Positions 25,523 through 34,943 of a stretch of 64,000 nt of DNA are shown here, piece after piece (within the stretch, counting starts at the first letter, position 1; each line of letters starts with the position of its first letter). Below the pieces are notes generated by a model that saw only the letters and a list, made by a program, of their open reading frames with translations, was not told where the DNA came from and did no database searches. The translations under genes and the position numbers were made by a program. Origin of the DNA: Alphaproteobacteria bacterium (GTDB taxonomy: Bacteria > Pseudomonadota > Alphaproteobacteria > Rs-D84); the NCBI GenBank assembly GCA_031549365.1, contig JAVBPX010000001.1:130417-194416 (forward strand). The letters are read 5' to 3'.

Positions 25523-26644
25523 TTATTTGTTATTTAATATAATTAATGGCACTTGCATTTCGGATGCTGTCCCGCCTGCATGTTCAGATGCTGGTGAGCC
25601 AAACTCTTCCCAAGCTTTTTGATTTTGATGCAATGATTTGTTTCCTATTCCAATTGCGACATAGTCCCCGATTGATTCATCTTCCAGCACTCTATTCTTG
25701 GCAGAATACCAGTGAAGGTAGTTTGTTTTAAAAGTTTCCTTATTGATCAGCAAAAAATCTTTCTCCGAAAATATTTCATAAAATATTCTTTCAAAGCTAT
25801 TTTTAGCCTCTGGTTTTACGAAAAATTGTGTACAACGCGCCTCACATGAAATCGGCATTATCAGAGTGTCAGCAATACCCGTAAAATCTTCGATAAATAA
25901 GGGCAAAGTATCAATATGACCGTGATCAGCAGTTATGATGAATAATGTATCTGGGCAATTATTTTGCAAATTTATTATTGCATCTCGTATATTGCAGATA
26001 CAATTTCTGGCTTCGCCAGACAAAATTCCGTGATCATGGTTAGTGCTATCTGGCTCCGGCCAATACGCGTATATGTAATTTTTATTGGCATTTTTTGTAT
26101 TTGCTATTTTTTCAATAGTTGAACACCATTTCTCAACTGTATTATGCTCTGGTGTAATAAACTGAGGCATAACCTCAAAAGCGCTCCATTCGGAAATATC
26201 ATTGATTTGGTCAACAAGTAATGCTGGCATTTTTTCCAACGGAGGCTTCGTAAGATGAGATGATTCACCACTATAAAAGTCACAATTAGTAAAATTTTCG
26301 ACAATCTCTCCAGATTCTTTATAATATTGCGACCATCCCAATAACCCATGTGATACAGGCAACAGCCCCGTGCGCAAAGTTGTTGTGGCGGCAACCGTAG
26401 TAGAAGGAACTATTGTATCAATAGTATCATATTTGTTTTTATAAAAATAGTCTGTCACAGAATCGCTTAATACATCCAGCTGTTCTGTCCCCATTCCGTC
26501 TAGGACTATAAGAGCTATGTTTTTGTACACTTCCGATGACCACGAATTTATGATCATTGGATGCGACTCATAATTTGGACATAGTCCAACAATTTTTTGT
26601 ATTGCAGATGTTATTGATGTTATATCGTATTTCATGAGGTACAT
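25523..26644 (-). CDS. Alkaline-phosphatase-superfamily protein (type I phosphodiesterase / nucleotide pyrophosphatase-like)
   Basis: 'IALIVLDGMGTEQLDV' metal-site region and 'FIITADHGHID' match the AlkP/NPP family. Start placed at the first ATG ('MYLMKYD'). The ORF track extends to a TTG at 26671. Confidence 0.7.
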   Translation of the reverse strand: MYLMKYDITSITSAIQKIVGLCPNYESHPMIINSWSSEVYKNIALIVLDGMGTEQLDVLSDSVTDYFYKNKYDTIDTIVPSTTVAATTTLRTGLLPVSHGLLGWSQYYKESGEIVENFTNCDFYSGESSHLTKPPLEKMPALLVDQINDISEWSAFEVMPQFITPEHNTVEKWCSTIEKIANTKNANKNYIYAYWPEPDSTNHDHGILSGEARNCICNIRDAIINLQNNCPDTLFIITADHGHIDTLPLFIEDFTGIADTLIMPISCEARCTQFFVKPEAKNSFERIFYEIFSEKDFLLINKETFKTNYLHWYSAKNRVLEDESIGDYVAIGIGNKSLHQNQKAWEEFGSPASEHAGGTASEMQVPLIILNNK

Positions 26645-27298
26645 ATTAGCAATGACATATCTTGAAGTCAACCGCGTATTTGGTTGAAAGTTGAGCGGAA
26701 TTCTAGTTTCGTGGGAATATTGGTTGTTTTTATGTTTTGGTAATGAATTTTCATTGTTATTTAAAATAAATTCCCTGTTAGGGTTTTAGGGAATTTGGGG
26801 TGATGTGGGTAGTGGATGCCGCGGTGTGGTTGGGGTTGTGAATTTGGGACCAATTGGTAAAATGCGATTTTAGGGGCAAAACCACAAAATTTCCCTGTAA
26901 ATTCCCTGATGTTGTTTGTGTGATTAATTTTGCTGTGTGGAATCGCGTAACCTTGCGATGCACACATCAATTCCGTGCTAATAACGCACGTCATTGTGTG
27001 TTTATATGCTCGGTTTCCCTGATAATCGGTTGGATGTTGGTGGGGTGTTGGATTATTCGGGGAAATAATCGGGATAAGTGATTTATGAGGTGTTTATCAT
27101 GTTTAGTATGCTCTACACCAATAACATTTACACCTCCGCCAGAATTGGCCGTTTTATTTTTATCCGCGCGCGGCCCCGAAAACTCGCGGCTTTACTTTTT
27201 ATTTTCACAGTGGTATGGTGATTTATATCAAAAATCTGCAGATTTGGTTCTCCTTACATACGATTACCATTTTTGCACTGTGAACTTTGGGGGCTGTT

Positions 27299-27790
27299 AT
27301 GACCGCAACAATACATTTAGTACATGGTTTTATTGGGTTTGGAAAAACTACGATTGCGAAAAGATTGGCGCATGAATTGCCTACGGTTATTCTGTCTGAT
27401 GATGAATTTATGGTAAAATTATATGGCAATAATCCTCCTGCTGATTTATTTCGTGATTATTATAATCGTATAGATAATTTAATTTGGAATTTAGCAAAAG
27501 AGATTGTAAAAACTGGCGCAGATGTAATTATTGATTCCGGTTTTTGGAGTAAAGAAAGTCGTGCAACTGCATATAATCGCGCAAAAAATATTACAAAAAA
27601 TGTAGTGTTTCACAACATTCAATGCAATATGGATATTGCCCGGCAACGAGCATTGGAACGGACAAAAATGAATTCCGGCGAATTGGCTGTGGATGAAAAT
27701 ACGTTTGATTTATTTAAAATTCAATTTCAACCAATTGATTCTGATGAAAATTATATAGTAATTAACCACGATAATAATATTAAAAAATGA
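27299..27790 (+). CDS. Small P-loop NTPase / predicted kinase (AAA_33 or zeta-toxin-like fold)
   Basis: 164 aa. Walker A 'HGFIGFGKTTIAKRL' near the N-terminus. Walker B-like 'DVIIDSGF'. Stop overlaps the tag start (ATGA). Confidence 0.6.
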   Translation: MTATIHLVHGFIGFGKTTIAKRLAHELPTVILSDDEFMVKLYGNNPPADLFRDYYNRIDNLIWNLAKEIVKTGADVIIDSGFWSKESRATAYNRAKNITKNVVFHNIQCNMDIARQRALERTKMNSGELAVDENTFDLFKIQFQPIDSDENYIVINHDNNIKK

Positions 27791-28353
27791 AACAAGTAAA
27801 ACGCTGTGAATGGTGCGGGACAGACCCACTATATGTTAAATACCACGATACCGAATGGGGACGTTTGGTAGATGACGACCAAACAATGTTTGAATTTTTA
27901 ACGTTGGAATCAGCCCAGGCCGGCTTATCATGGATAACCGTATTGCGCAAACGGGAAAATTATAGACAGGCTTTTGCAAATTTTGATGTGAATGCAGTTG
28001 CTAAATTTACTGACAAAGATGTCGAAAAATTAATGCAAAATAATGGCATCATTCGAAATCGCTTAAAAATCCGTGCAGCAATTACAAATGCACAAAAATT
28101 TATTGAAATACAAAGGGAATTCAAAAGCTTTTGTAATTATATTCGCGGCTTTTTACCAAACGAAAAACCCATTGTAAATAAACCGAAATCATTATCCGAC
28201 ATCCCTGCCCGCTCAGAACTCTCCGACGCGATTTCAACGGACATGAAAAAACGTGGTTTTAAATTTTTCGGATCAACCATATGTTATGCACATTTGCAAG
28301 CAACCGGATACATAAATGACCATTTGGCTCATTGCTCGTTCCGCAACAATTAA
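27787..28353 (+). CDS. tag: DNA-3-methyladenine glycosylase I
   Basis: 188 aa. 'CEWCGTDPLYVKYHDTEWGRLVDDDQTMFEFLTLESAQAGLSW' is the Tag signature, including the zinc-site Cys/His residues. Confidence 0.85.
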   Translation: MKQVKRCEWCGTDPLYVKYHDTEWGRLVDDDQTMFEFLTLESAQAGLSWITVLRKRENYRQAFANFDVNAVAKFTDKDVEKLMQNNGIIRNRLKIRAAITNAQKFIEIQREFKSFCNYIRGFLPNEKPIVNKPKSLSDIPARSELSDAISTDMKKRGFKFFGSTICYAHLQATGYINDHLAHCSFRNN

Positions 28354-28399
28354 TACAATGTGCTTTTATTTTGCCGCAACATAATGTATAATCGAGCCC

Positions 28400-28708
28400 A
28401 TGGGAATAAACAAAACATTATACATTATTATAACTTTTTTCGCTTTGTCCGCCTGTTCTCCATCGGTATTACAGGTTGGGAATCCCGAACAAAAGCCGAC
28501 CGAACCAACACACACCGAAACAATTCGCCATTATTTTTGGGGGGCAATTGGAACAAACACAATTGATGCCGAAAAAATTTGCACTGGGAATCATTTAAAT
28601 TCAATAGAAACCAGCGATAACTTTGTAAATGGAATTTTAAACTTTTTCACTGGCGGAATTTACATGCCTGTTACTTATTCATTTTATTGCAATGCTGTAA
28701 AAATTTAA
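28400..28708 (+). CDS. bor: Bor/Iss-family lipoprotein (phage lambda Bor-like)
   Basis: 102 aa. Lipobox 'LSAC'. The conserved blocks 'TIRHYFWGAIG...IDAEKICTG' and 'FVNGILNFFTGGIYMPVTYSFYC' parallel Bor 'THHFFVSGIG...VDAAKICGG...FVNGLLGFITLGIYTPLEARVYC'. Confidence 0.7.
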   Translation: MGINKTLYIIITFFALSACSPSVLQVGNPEQKPTEPTHTETIRHYFWGAIGTNTIDAEKICTGNHLNSIETSDNFVNGILNFFTGGIYMPVTYSFYCNAVKI

Positions 28709-29340
28709 TTTTTTTGTTGTTTTTCTTTTGTTTTTTTAATTATTTTATTACAGGAAATGTATGTAATATCTGCAAAAACCATACCTATGAATGCACCAAC
28801 AATTACGTCGGACGGATAATGAGCCCCCACAATAACGCGCGATACACCCATTAATACAGCCAGAGTCCAGGTCAATGGTTTAAATTTTTTGAATAATAAT
28901 CCCAACATTACCATCCCTGCAAACGTTGCAACCGTGTGCCCAGAAGGAAAAGAATGGAACGCGTCCGAAAAAGTAAATGGATAAAAACCCGATTGCCCCA
29001 ACGCATCGTAAAACATTGGTCGCATACGACCAAATCCAAATTTTAAAATCCATGCAAACGCAGACGCCGAAATCAATGACATCATCACAAAAAATGCTGT
29101 TCTGGTTATTTTTTTGTTTTTTAAAATCCAACCAGCGATAAAACAAGACCCAACCACCAAAAACCAAATTTTGGCTGCGCCCATTTGCGTACCTCTGTCC
29201 CATAAAATATTTTGATGTTCAATCATCCAAACATGTACCGGCAAATCCAGCCAAAATATACCCAAAACAGCCAAAATGCCGGAAATCACAAACCCAACAA
29301 CTATGTTTTTTATAGATAATTTATCATTTTTGATAAACAT
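28705..29340 (-). CDS. PAP2-family phosphatase (PgpB/LpxE-like)
   Basis: 211 aa membrane protein with PAP2 motifs 'KFGFGRMRP', 'PSGHT' and 'SRVIVGAHYPSD'. Confidence 0.8.
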   Translation of the reverse strand: MFIKNDKLSIKNIVVGFVISGILAVLGIFWLDLPVHVWMIEHQNILWDRGTQMGAAKIWFLVVGSCFIAGWILKNKKITRTAFFVMMSLISASAFAWILKFGFGRMRPMFYDALGQSGFYPFTFSDAFHSFPSGHTVATFAGMVMLGLLFKKFKPLTWTLAVLMGVSRVIVGAHYPSDVIVGAFIGMVFADITYISCNKIIKKTKEKQQKN

Positions 29341-29359
29341 GGGATTCCCCTTCTCTCTA

Positions 29360-30889
29360 TTATGGAATCAATTTAATTAACGCGTCATAAACCTTTGGGT
29401 TTGAAAATATTTGCGCAACAACACCCTGGGTTAACAAATCTTCATCTTGGCCATTTGCAACTTCGGGACAACCACGACGAATTTTTTCAATACGCGATTG
29501 ATCTGTTTCCGAATACCACGTTTCCAATCCTGTTTTGAAATCTTTGTTTAAAATGTTAACAAACATAACTTCTTGCTGCTTTTGGGAACGAATGCTGGAA
29601 GTACAAATCACCGGCAAAACCCCGCGGTTCGACAAATCACGACCGCCCCCCGTTTTCATTTGACGATTTGTAATTTTTAATTGCCCGCCATTTTTCAATG
29701 GTATGGTTTTTGATAATTTCGCATCCCCAGCAGTTGGTGTTCCGACAACCAACCCACGATGATTTTCTTCGAATGCCGCGGCCAGCGCTTCGCCCAATTT
29801 GTGTGTTTGACGGGATGTTAAAACAATCACCGGGATGTTTGAATCAACAATTGCCTCGCCCCCTGGGACCATTTCGAATGCCTTGTCCGAACCAACATTT
29901 ATCACCTGTAAAACAGGCACTTTGCCCATAAAAAGACCGGCGATTTGGGTCATTGCCTCTTCATCATCACCATCGGTGGTACGCAAATCCAGTACAATCC
30001 CCGATGTTGCTTGGGTAATTTTTTCACTCAATGTTTCAGCAATTAATCCAACAGATTTTTTAGTTAATTGATGAATAACAATTTCAATAATTGTATCACG
30101 TTTAATAACGTCTGCATCCGCCATCATAATGGTTGCACGACGCAATACAACGTTTCGTTCGGCCTTGGTAACGGGATCAAAAACATCCAGTTTAACCAAT
30201 GATGTCGTAAAGCCTTCCAATATATCAATTATTTCTTCGTCACTCATCCCGGTTGCTTGGCGACCATTAATCGATAAAACTATGTCTTGATTTTTTAATC
30301 CAGCATTGTCGGCCATAGAGCCTTGGATCACAGATGTGATTCTGTAATAACCATCCTCGTTTCTGACGCCAGCCAATCCCAAACTGGTCAATACCCGGCC
30401 CTGTTGTTTTACTTGGATCATTTCCGGATAAATGTATCCACCCGATGGATCCAATTCATTCATCATGGCACCAACAACTGCAAAATAAATTTGTTGATCA
30501 TTTGCTTTGGCCAAATTTGGTAATTTTTCACGTAAATTTAAAATTATTGCCGTGGTTAATTCACCCCAATCATTCCATTTACCAATTTTTGGCAATTCAT
30601 AATTACCGGCAATTGTATCATCATACACAATAACCATACGCGGTCCAGTTACACTGATCCCAACTCGTGGATCAATTGTTTCAATTGATTGAATTATCCT
30701 GGTCATGCCGTTGGCTGCTTGGTCGTTGTTCCAATTATTCTGATCCAGCTTTTCGTAAACATCCGCAAAGAAAGCGCTCATCTCTGGGACATTAATCCCA
30801 TCCACCATAACGTCTTCGTCATCGAAATACAGGCCCGCATTCAAAGCAAACGGCCATAAAATTGCTGTAATCAGTAATAATTTTCTCAT
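29360..30889 (-). CDS. ctpA: Carboxy-terminal processing (tail-specific) protease, S41 family with PDZ domain
   Basis: 509 aa. Signal peptide. PDZ region 'GLAGVRNEDGYYRITSVIQGSMADNAGLKNQDIVLSING'. S41 catalytic region 'VIVLTSRQTHKLGEALA'. Confidence 0.8.
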   Translation of the reverse strand: MRKLLLITAILWPFALNAGLYFDDEDVMVDGINVPEMSAFFADVYEKLDQNNWNNDQAANGMTRIIQSIETIDPRVGISVTGPRMVIVYDDTIAGNYELPKIGKWNDWGELTTAIILNLREKLPNLAKANDQQIYFAVVGAMMNELDPSGGYIYPEMIQVKQQGRVLTSLGLAGVRNEDGYYRITSVIQGSMADNAGLKNQDIVLSINGRQATGMSDEEIIDILEGFTTSLVKLDVFDPVTKAERNVVLRRATIMMADADVIKRDTIIEIVIHQLTKKSVGLIAETLSEKITQATSGIVLDLRTTDGDDEEAMTQIAGLFMGKVPVLQVINVGSDKAFEMVPGGEAIVDSNIPVIVLTSRQTHKLGEALAAAFEENHRGLVVGTPTAGDAKLSKTIPLKNGGQLKITNRQMKTGGGRDLSNRGVLPVICTSSIRSQKQQEVMFVNILNKDFKTGLETWYSETDQSRIEKIRRGCPEVANGQDEDLLTQGVVAQIFSNPKVYDALIKLIP

Positions 30890-31758
30890 TCTTCTCCCTT
30901 CCTTATGTCAAAGTTAATTAACAAAGAATTCGAAATAAATATTGAAGTGATTGTGCCCAAAACAATGCTGAACATCATCGCCAATGAAAAAGTACGTAGT
31001 GCAGCCCCACCAAAGAAATACAATGCCAACACCGCCAAGAAAGTAGACACAGAGGTTAAAATCGTACGAACCAACATTTCATTTATAGATTTGTCGACCA
31101 ATTCTATTACGTCCATTTTATGATATTTTTTTGCATTTTCTTGGATACGGTCATAATTAACTACTTTGTCATTAACGGAATACCCAATACCCATTAATAT
31201 AACAGCAATTGATGTTAAATTGAATTCCAACCCCAATACCGAGAAAAATCCAAACAACAAAATAAAATCATGCGCCATGGATGCCAGTGCGCCAAACGCA
31301 TAACCGCCACTATATCGAACCCAGATATATAATGACATTCCCAAAAACGCGAATATAATCGCCAAAATACCGCCGCGAATTAATTCACCCCCGATTTTTG
31401 GCCCAACAATTTGAACCTGACGATATTCGACTGAATCACCTAATGAGCTCTTGATTTCTTTGACCATTTGGTTTTGCGCTGCTTCGTCAGCACCAACGTC
31501 CAAACCAATTTTAATCAATACGGTCCCTGTTTGTTCAACGCTCTGTAATTCGGGTGAATATTTTGCCAAAATCGACCTCATTTTATCCATGGTCATATCG
31601 GCGTTTGTTGGTTTTGCTTCGATTGAAATACCACCGGCAAAATCAATCCCGTAATTTAATCCGCGTGTCGACAATGAAAAGATTGATGCAGCAATCATAA
31701 TCGCCGAAATAATATACATTACATGACGATATTTCATAAAATGGAATTTAAAATTCAT
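30886..31758 (-). CDS. secF: Protein translocase subunit SecF
   Basis: 290 aa, 6-TM. Conserved 'LNYGIDFAGG' N-terminal motif. Directly downstream of secD. Confidence 0.85.
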   Translation of the reverse strand: MNFKFHFMKYRHVMYIISAIMIAASIFSLSTRGLNYGIDFAGGISIEAKPTNADMTMDKMRSILAKYSPELQSVEQTGTVLIKIGLDVGADEAAQNQMVKEIKSSLGDSVEYRQVQIVGPKIGGELIRGGILAIIFAFLGMSLYIWVRYSGGYAFGALASMAHDFILLFGFFSVLGLEFNLTSIAVILMGIGYSVNDKVVNYDRIQENAKKYHKMDVIELVDKSINEMLVRTILTSVSTFLAVLALYFFGGAALRTFSLAMMFSIVLGTITSIFISNSLLINFDIRKGEE

Positions 31759-31762
31759 CGTA

Positions 31763-33319
31763 CTATCCCCTTATATATGATATTTTTTTATTTTTACCGT
31801 TTGCCCACATTTCAATAATAACGCGCGACAGCGGCACACAAGTGAACAAAGTGGTCAAAACACCGATTGATAACGTTACCGCAAATCCACGGATTGGACC
31901 TGCTCCGAATTGGAATAAAACCAATGAACAAATTAATGTGGTTAAATTCGCATCCATAACTGTTTTCATTGCGCGTTTGAACCCGGCGTCAATTGCTTTG
32001 ATTGTTGATGCTCCTGCCTTTTTTTCCTCGCGGATTCGTTCATATACCAATATGTTTGCGTCCACAGCAACACCCAGCGTTAATATAATACCCGCAATAC
32101 CCGGCAAAGTTAAAGTTGCGCCGAATAATGCCAAAACGCCCAGCATCATTAATAAATTCACAACCAAAACGATGTTTGCAAACATCCCAAAAGTCCGGTA
32201 AATTAACAACATAAATATCATAATCAGCGCAACACTGACGATGGCCGCTGTTTGCCCCGCAGCAATTGAATCGTCCCCCAATCCCGGCCCAATGGTGCGT
32301 TCTTCGATTACATTTAATGGCGCAGGCAATGCCCCAGATCGCAATAACACCGATAAATCTTTGGCCGATTCAACGGTGAAATTACCGGATATTTGACCGC
32401 GCCCACCTGGGATTGGTTCACGAATCGTTGGGGCTGATAAAATCTTGTTATCCAAAACAATTGCAAAACGTTCGTTAACGTGTTCCGTTGTTAAACGTGC
32501 AAATCTTTTTGCGCCCATTGAATCAAACACAGTCGTTACAACCGGCATATTGTTTTGATCAAACGAAGCCTGGGAATCGGTCAAGCTTTCGCCAGAAACT
32601 TCAACCCGCTTGAACACAGGAACAACAACGCCTGGATTTTCGGCCAATTCCAAAAATTCGGTTCCGGACGGTGCGCGTCCTGACATTAATTGCTCGTTTG
32701 TAACACCTTCATTAACCAAATGGAAAGTCATTTTGGCGGTTTGGCCAATTAATTCTTTGATACGTTCTGGATTATCAACGCCAGGCAATTGAACTACTAT
32801 ATATTTGGACCCCTGTTGTTGAATTGATGGTTCACGCGTTCCCAGCGCGTCAATACGACGACGAACAATTTCAATTGAACGCGACATAGCGTCCGATTTC
32901 ATTAATTCTTGTTGTGTTTCGTTATAACGAATTATTAATTTTGGTCCGTTTTGTTCAACATCAACACCCGCGCCCAATTCCGAACGAATTCGACCCTTGG
33001 CCTTGGACATATCGTTTGAATCACGAATTACAACAGACACAACCCCATTTGCGTTTTGCAAATCCTGAAAGCGGATTAATCCTTTGTCGCGATTAATTAA
33101 TGCAGTACGAGTCAAATCATATAATTGCGATGATTTTTCACGCATCATAATGTCGGTATCAACCTCCATCAATAAATGGGCCCCGCCCTTTAAATCCAAC
33201 CCCAATGAAATCGGATGCATAAATGATGGTAAAAAACTTTGACTTGCCGGCCAAATGGTTGGCAACGACAAAACCATACCAAAAATCGCAATTACGATAA
33301 TACCAATCTTTTTCATCAT
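31763..33319 (-). CDS. secD: Protein translocase subunit SecD
   Basis: 518 aa. 'LGLDLKGGAHLLMEVD' N-terminal signature, large periplasmic domain and C-terminal TM bundle. Confidence 0.9.
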   Translation of the reverse strand: MMKKIGIIVIAIFGMVLSLPTIWPASQSFLPSFMHPISLGLDLKGGAHLLMEVDTDIMMREKSSQLYDLTRTALINRDKGLIRFQDLQNANGVVSVVIRDSNDMSKAKGRIRSELGAGVDVEQNGPKLIIRYNETQQELMKSDAMSRSIEIVRRRIDALGTREPSIQQQGSKYIVVQLPGVDNPERIKELIGQTAKMTFHLVNEGVTNEQLMSGRAPSGTEFLELAENPGVVVPVFKRVEVSGESLTDSQASFDQNNMPVVTTVFDSMGAKRFARLTTEHVNERFAIVLDNKILSAPTIREPIPGGRGQISGNFTVESAKDLSVLLRSGALPAPLNVIEERTIGPGLGDDSIAAGQTAAIVSVALIMIFMLLIYRTFGMFANIVLVVNLLMMLGVLALFGATLTLPGIAGIILTLGVAVDANILVYERIREEKKAGASTIKAIDAGFKRAMKTVMDANLTTLICSLVLFQFGAGPIRGFAVTLSIGVLTTLFTCVPLSRVIIEMWANGKNKKISYIRG

Positions 33320-33663
33320 TTTTTTGCCTTTTCATTAACAACCGATACTATTGATCCGCGCAATGCTTCGACCACAACGCCCTTGGCAATTTCGACCATC
33401 AAATTGCTGTCATCCAATTTTTTAACCAAACCAATTAATCCATTTGCAAATATAACACGATCCCCAACCTTGATTTCGGATTGCATTTTTTGAATGGCAT
33501 CGATTCTTTTTTTGTTTGGCCGTATCATCATAAAATAAATCACCGCAAACAATAACGCACAATAAATTAACAAGCCCCACACAGAACCACCAGTTGCCAC
33601 AGCATCGCTTGTGGATGGCACGGTTGTTTCCACGACGGGAACTATTTCCATTAATGCTAACAT
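33316..33663 (-). CDS. yajC: Preprotein translocase subunit YajC
   Basis: 115 aa. Single TM followed by the 'IKVGDRVIFANGLIGLVKKLDDSNLMVEIAKGVVV' YajC domain. Forms a yajC-secD-secF operon. Confidence 0.75.
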   Translation of the reverse strand: MLALMEIVPVVETTVPSTSDAVATGGSVWGLLIYCALLFAVIYFMMIRPNKKRIDAIQKMQSEIKVGDRVIFANGLIGLVKKLDDSNLMVEIAKGVVVEALRGSIVSVVNEKAKK

Positions 33664-33765
33664 CTTTCACTCCTTGGGTTTATAACGGTATTCTAGGAAA
33701 TTTTCCGATACCGCGTCAATGGTTTTATTGCACAAAATGGCTTGACGATTATACCGGCATGACGT

Positions 33766-34485
33766 ATGATTCAAATCATGAATAAACTGCACTTAATTCG
33801 CACTTTTGGGCGCCGCCACGGCAAATCGTTACGGGAACACCAACAAAATTTGGTTGATGCCCTGTTGCCACGTATTTTGGCGGACGGAAAACCACACAAA
33901 ATGCCGGTATCGGTGTTGGAAATCGGATTTGGCGCAGGCGAACACGTTGCCCATATTGCGTCCATTAACCCGGCTTTTCACGTGATTGGCGCCGAACCAT
34001 TTATGAATGGCGTTGCATCGTTATTGTCGCGATTGGAACGTGAACACCCGGATTTGATAAATGATGAACGTGTTAAAATTTGGCCCGACGATGTTCGATT
34101 GCTATTGGATAAAAACCCAGGAATTAAATTTGATTTAATATATGTATTACATCCAGACCCCTGGCCCAAGGCCAGACATGAAAAACGTCGATTATTACAA
34201 ACTGAATTTTTGAATAAATTGGCCGATCATTTGACACCAAATGGCGTAATTGTTGTTGGCACAGATCATACTGATTATTTTAATTGGATGCTTGGAACCA
34301 CCTCTAAATCCAAACTGATTAATATTTATAAAAATACAAATGCGGCCCCATCATCCGGGTTGAATACACGCTATAAAAACAAAAATATGTTTGGATCAGT
34401 TCGTCCACATTATGCAATTTTGGCATTGCGCGGGAATTTGCCCAGCCCGGAATTTCTGGCTACTTTGGACCTCAGCCTGGCATAG
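33766..34485 (+). CDS. trmB: tRNA (guanine-N7)-methyltransferase
   Basis: 239 aa. SAM-binding 'VLEIGFGAGEHV' and 'IYVLHPDPWPKARHEKRRL' TrmB motifs. Confidence 0.8.
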   Translation: MIQIMNKLHLIRTFGRRHGKSLREHQQNLVDALLPRILADGKPHKMPVSVLEIGFGAGEHVAHIASINPAFHVIGAEPFMNGVASLLSRLEREHPDLINDERVKIWPDDVRLLLDKNPGIKFDLIYVLHPDPWPKARHEKRRLLQTEFLNKLADHLTPNGVIVVGTDHTDYFNWMLGTTSKSKLINIYKNTNAAPSSGLNTRYKNKNMFGSVRPHYAILALRGNLPSPEFLATLDLSLA

Positions 34486-34805
34486 GATCTCGCCACCATG
34501 GGATAGTCATCCGGCAAACCCCATTTTTGCTTGTATTGTTCGGGCGTCATATTATATTTACGCTTGATATAACGACGCAACATGACGTGTTCGGTCCCGT
34601 CTTCCAAACAGACCAAAATATCTGGCTTTATTGAATCCGCGATTTGCTTTTGACTGATTGCAGTATCCGCCGCCTCTTTTTGAATGGCTTTTAATGACGC
34701 AACAGCTTCACGTAAAACTTCCGCTATATCCAATGCCGGATTGCCAGCAATTTTTGCAGCTGCGATTTGGGCTGCTGCGGTTATTAATGCATCATTATCT
34801 TTCAT
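34410..34805 (-). CDS. MucR/Ros-family transcriptional regulator (zinc-finger Cys/His partly substituted)
   Basis: 131 aa. The C-terminal domain 'ILVCLEDGTEHVMLRRYIKRKYNMTPEQYKQKWGLPDDYPMVARSYARLRSKVARNSGLG' is highly similar to Ros/MucR. The second Cys and the His residues of the C2H2 site are replaced. Confidence 0.7.
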   Translation of the reverse strand: MKDNDALITAAAQIAAAKIAGNPALDIAEVLREAVASLKAIQKEAADTAISQKQIADSIKPDILVCLEDGTEHVMLRRYIKRKYNMTPEQYKQKWGLPDDYPMVARSYARLRSKVARNSGLGKFPRNAKIA

Positions 34806-34943
34806 GTTCTTGCCTTTTTCAAACTTTGTGCTATATTATGTCGGTAATCTGATTTTACTTGAATCGATATTGAATCTAGTTTTTGTAAAATCCCGATTAC
34901 AACATGTATACTATAAATCAAAACCAAATAAAATGCAAGTCAA

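Noticed and set aside
26761-26994. 77-aa and 61-aa minus-strand ORFs inside the long G/T-skewed intergenic region.
   Set aside because: They have no RBS and no motifs. Their low-complexity His/Pro-rich translation is driven by the skewed composition.
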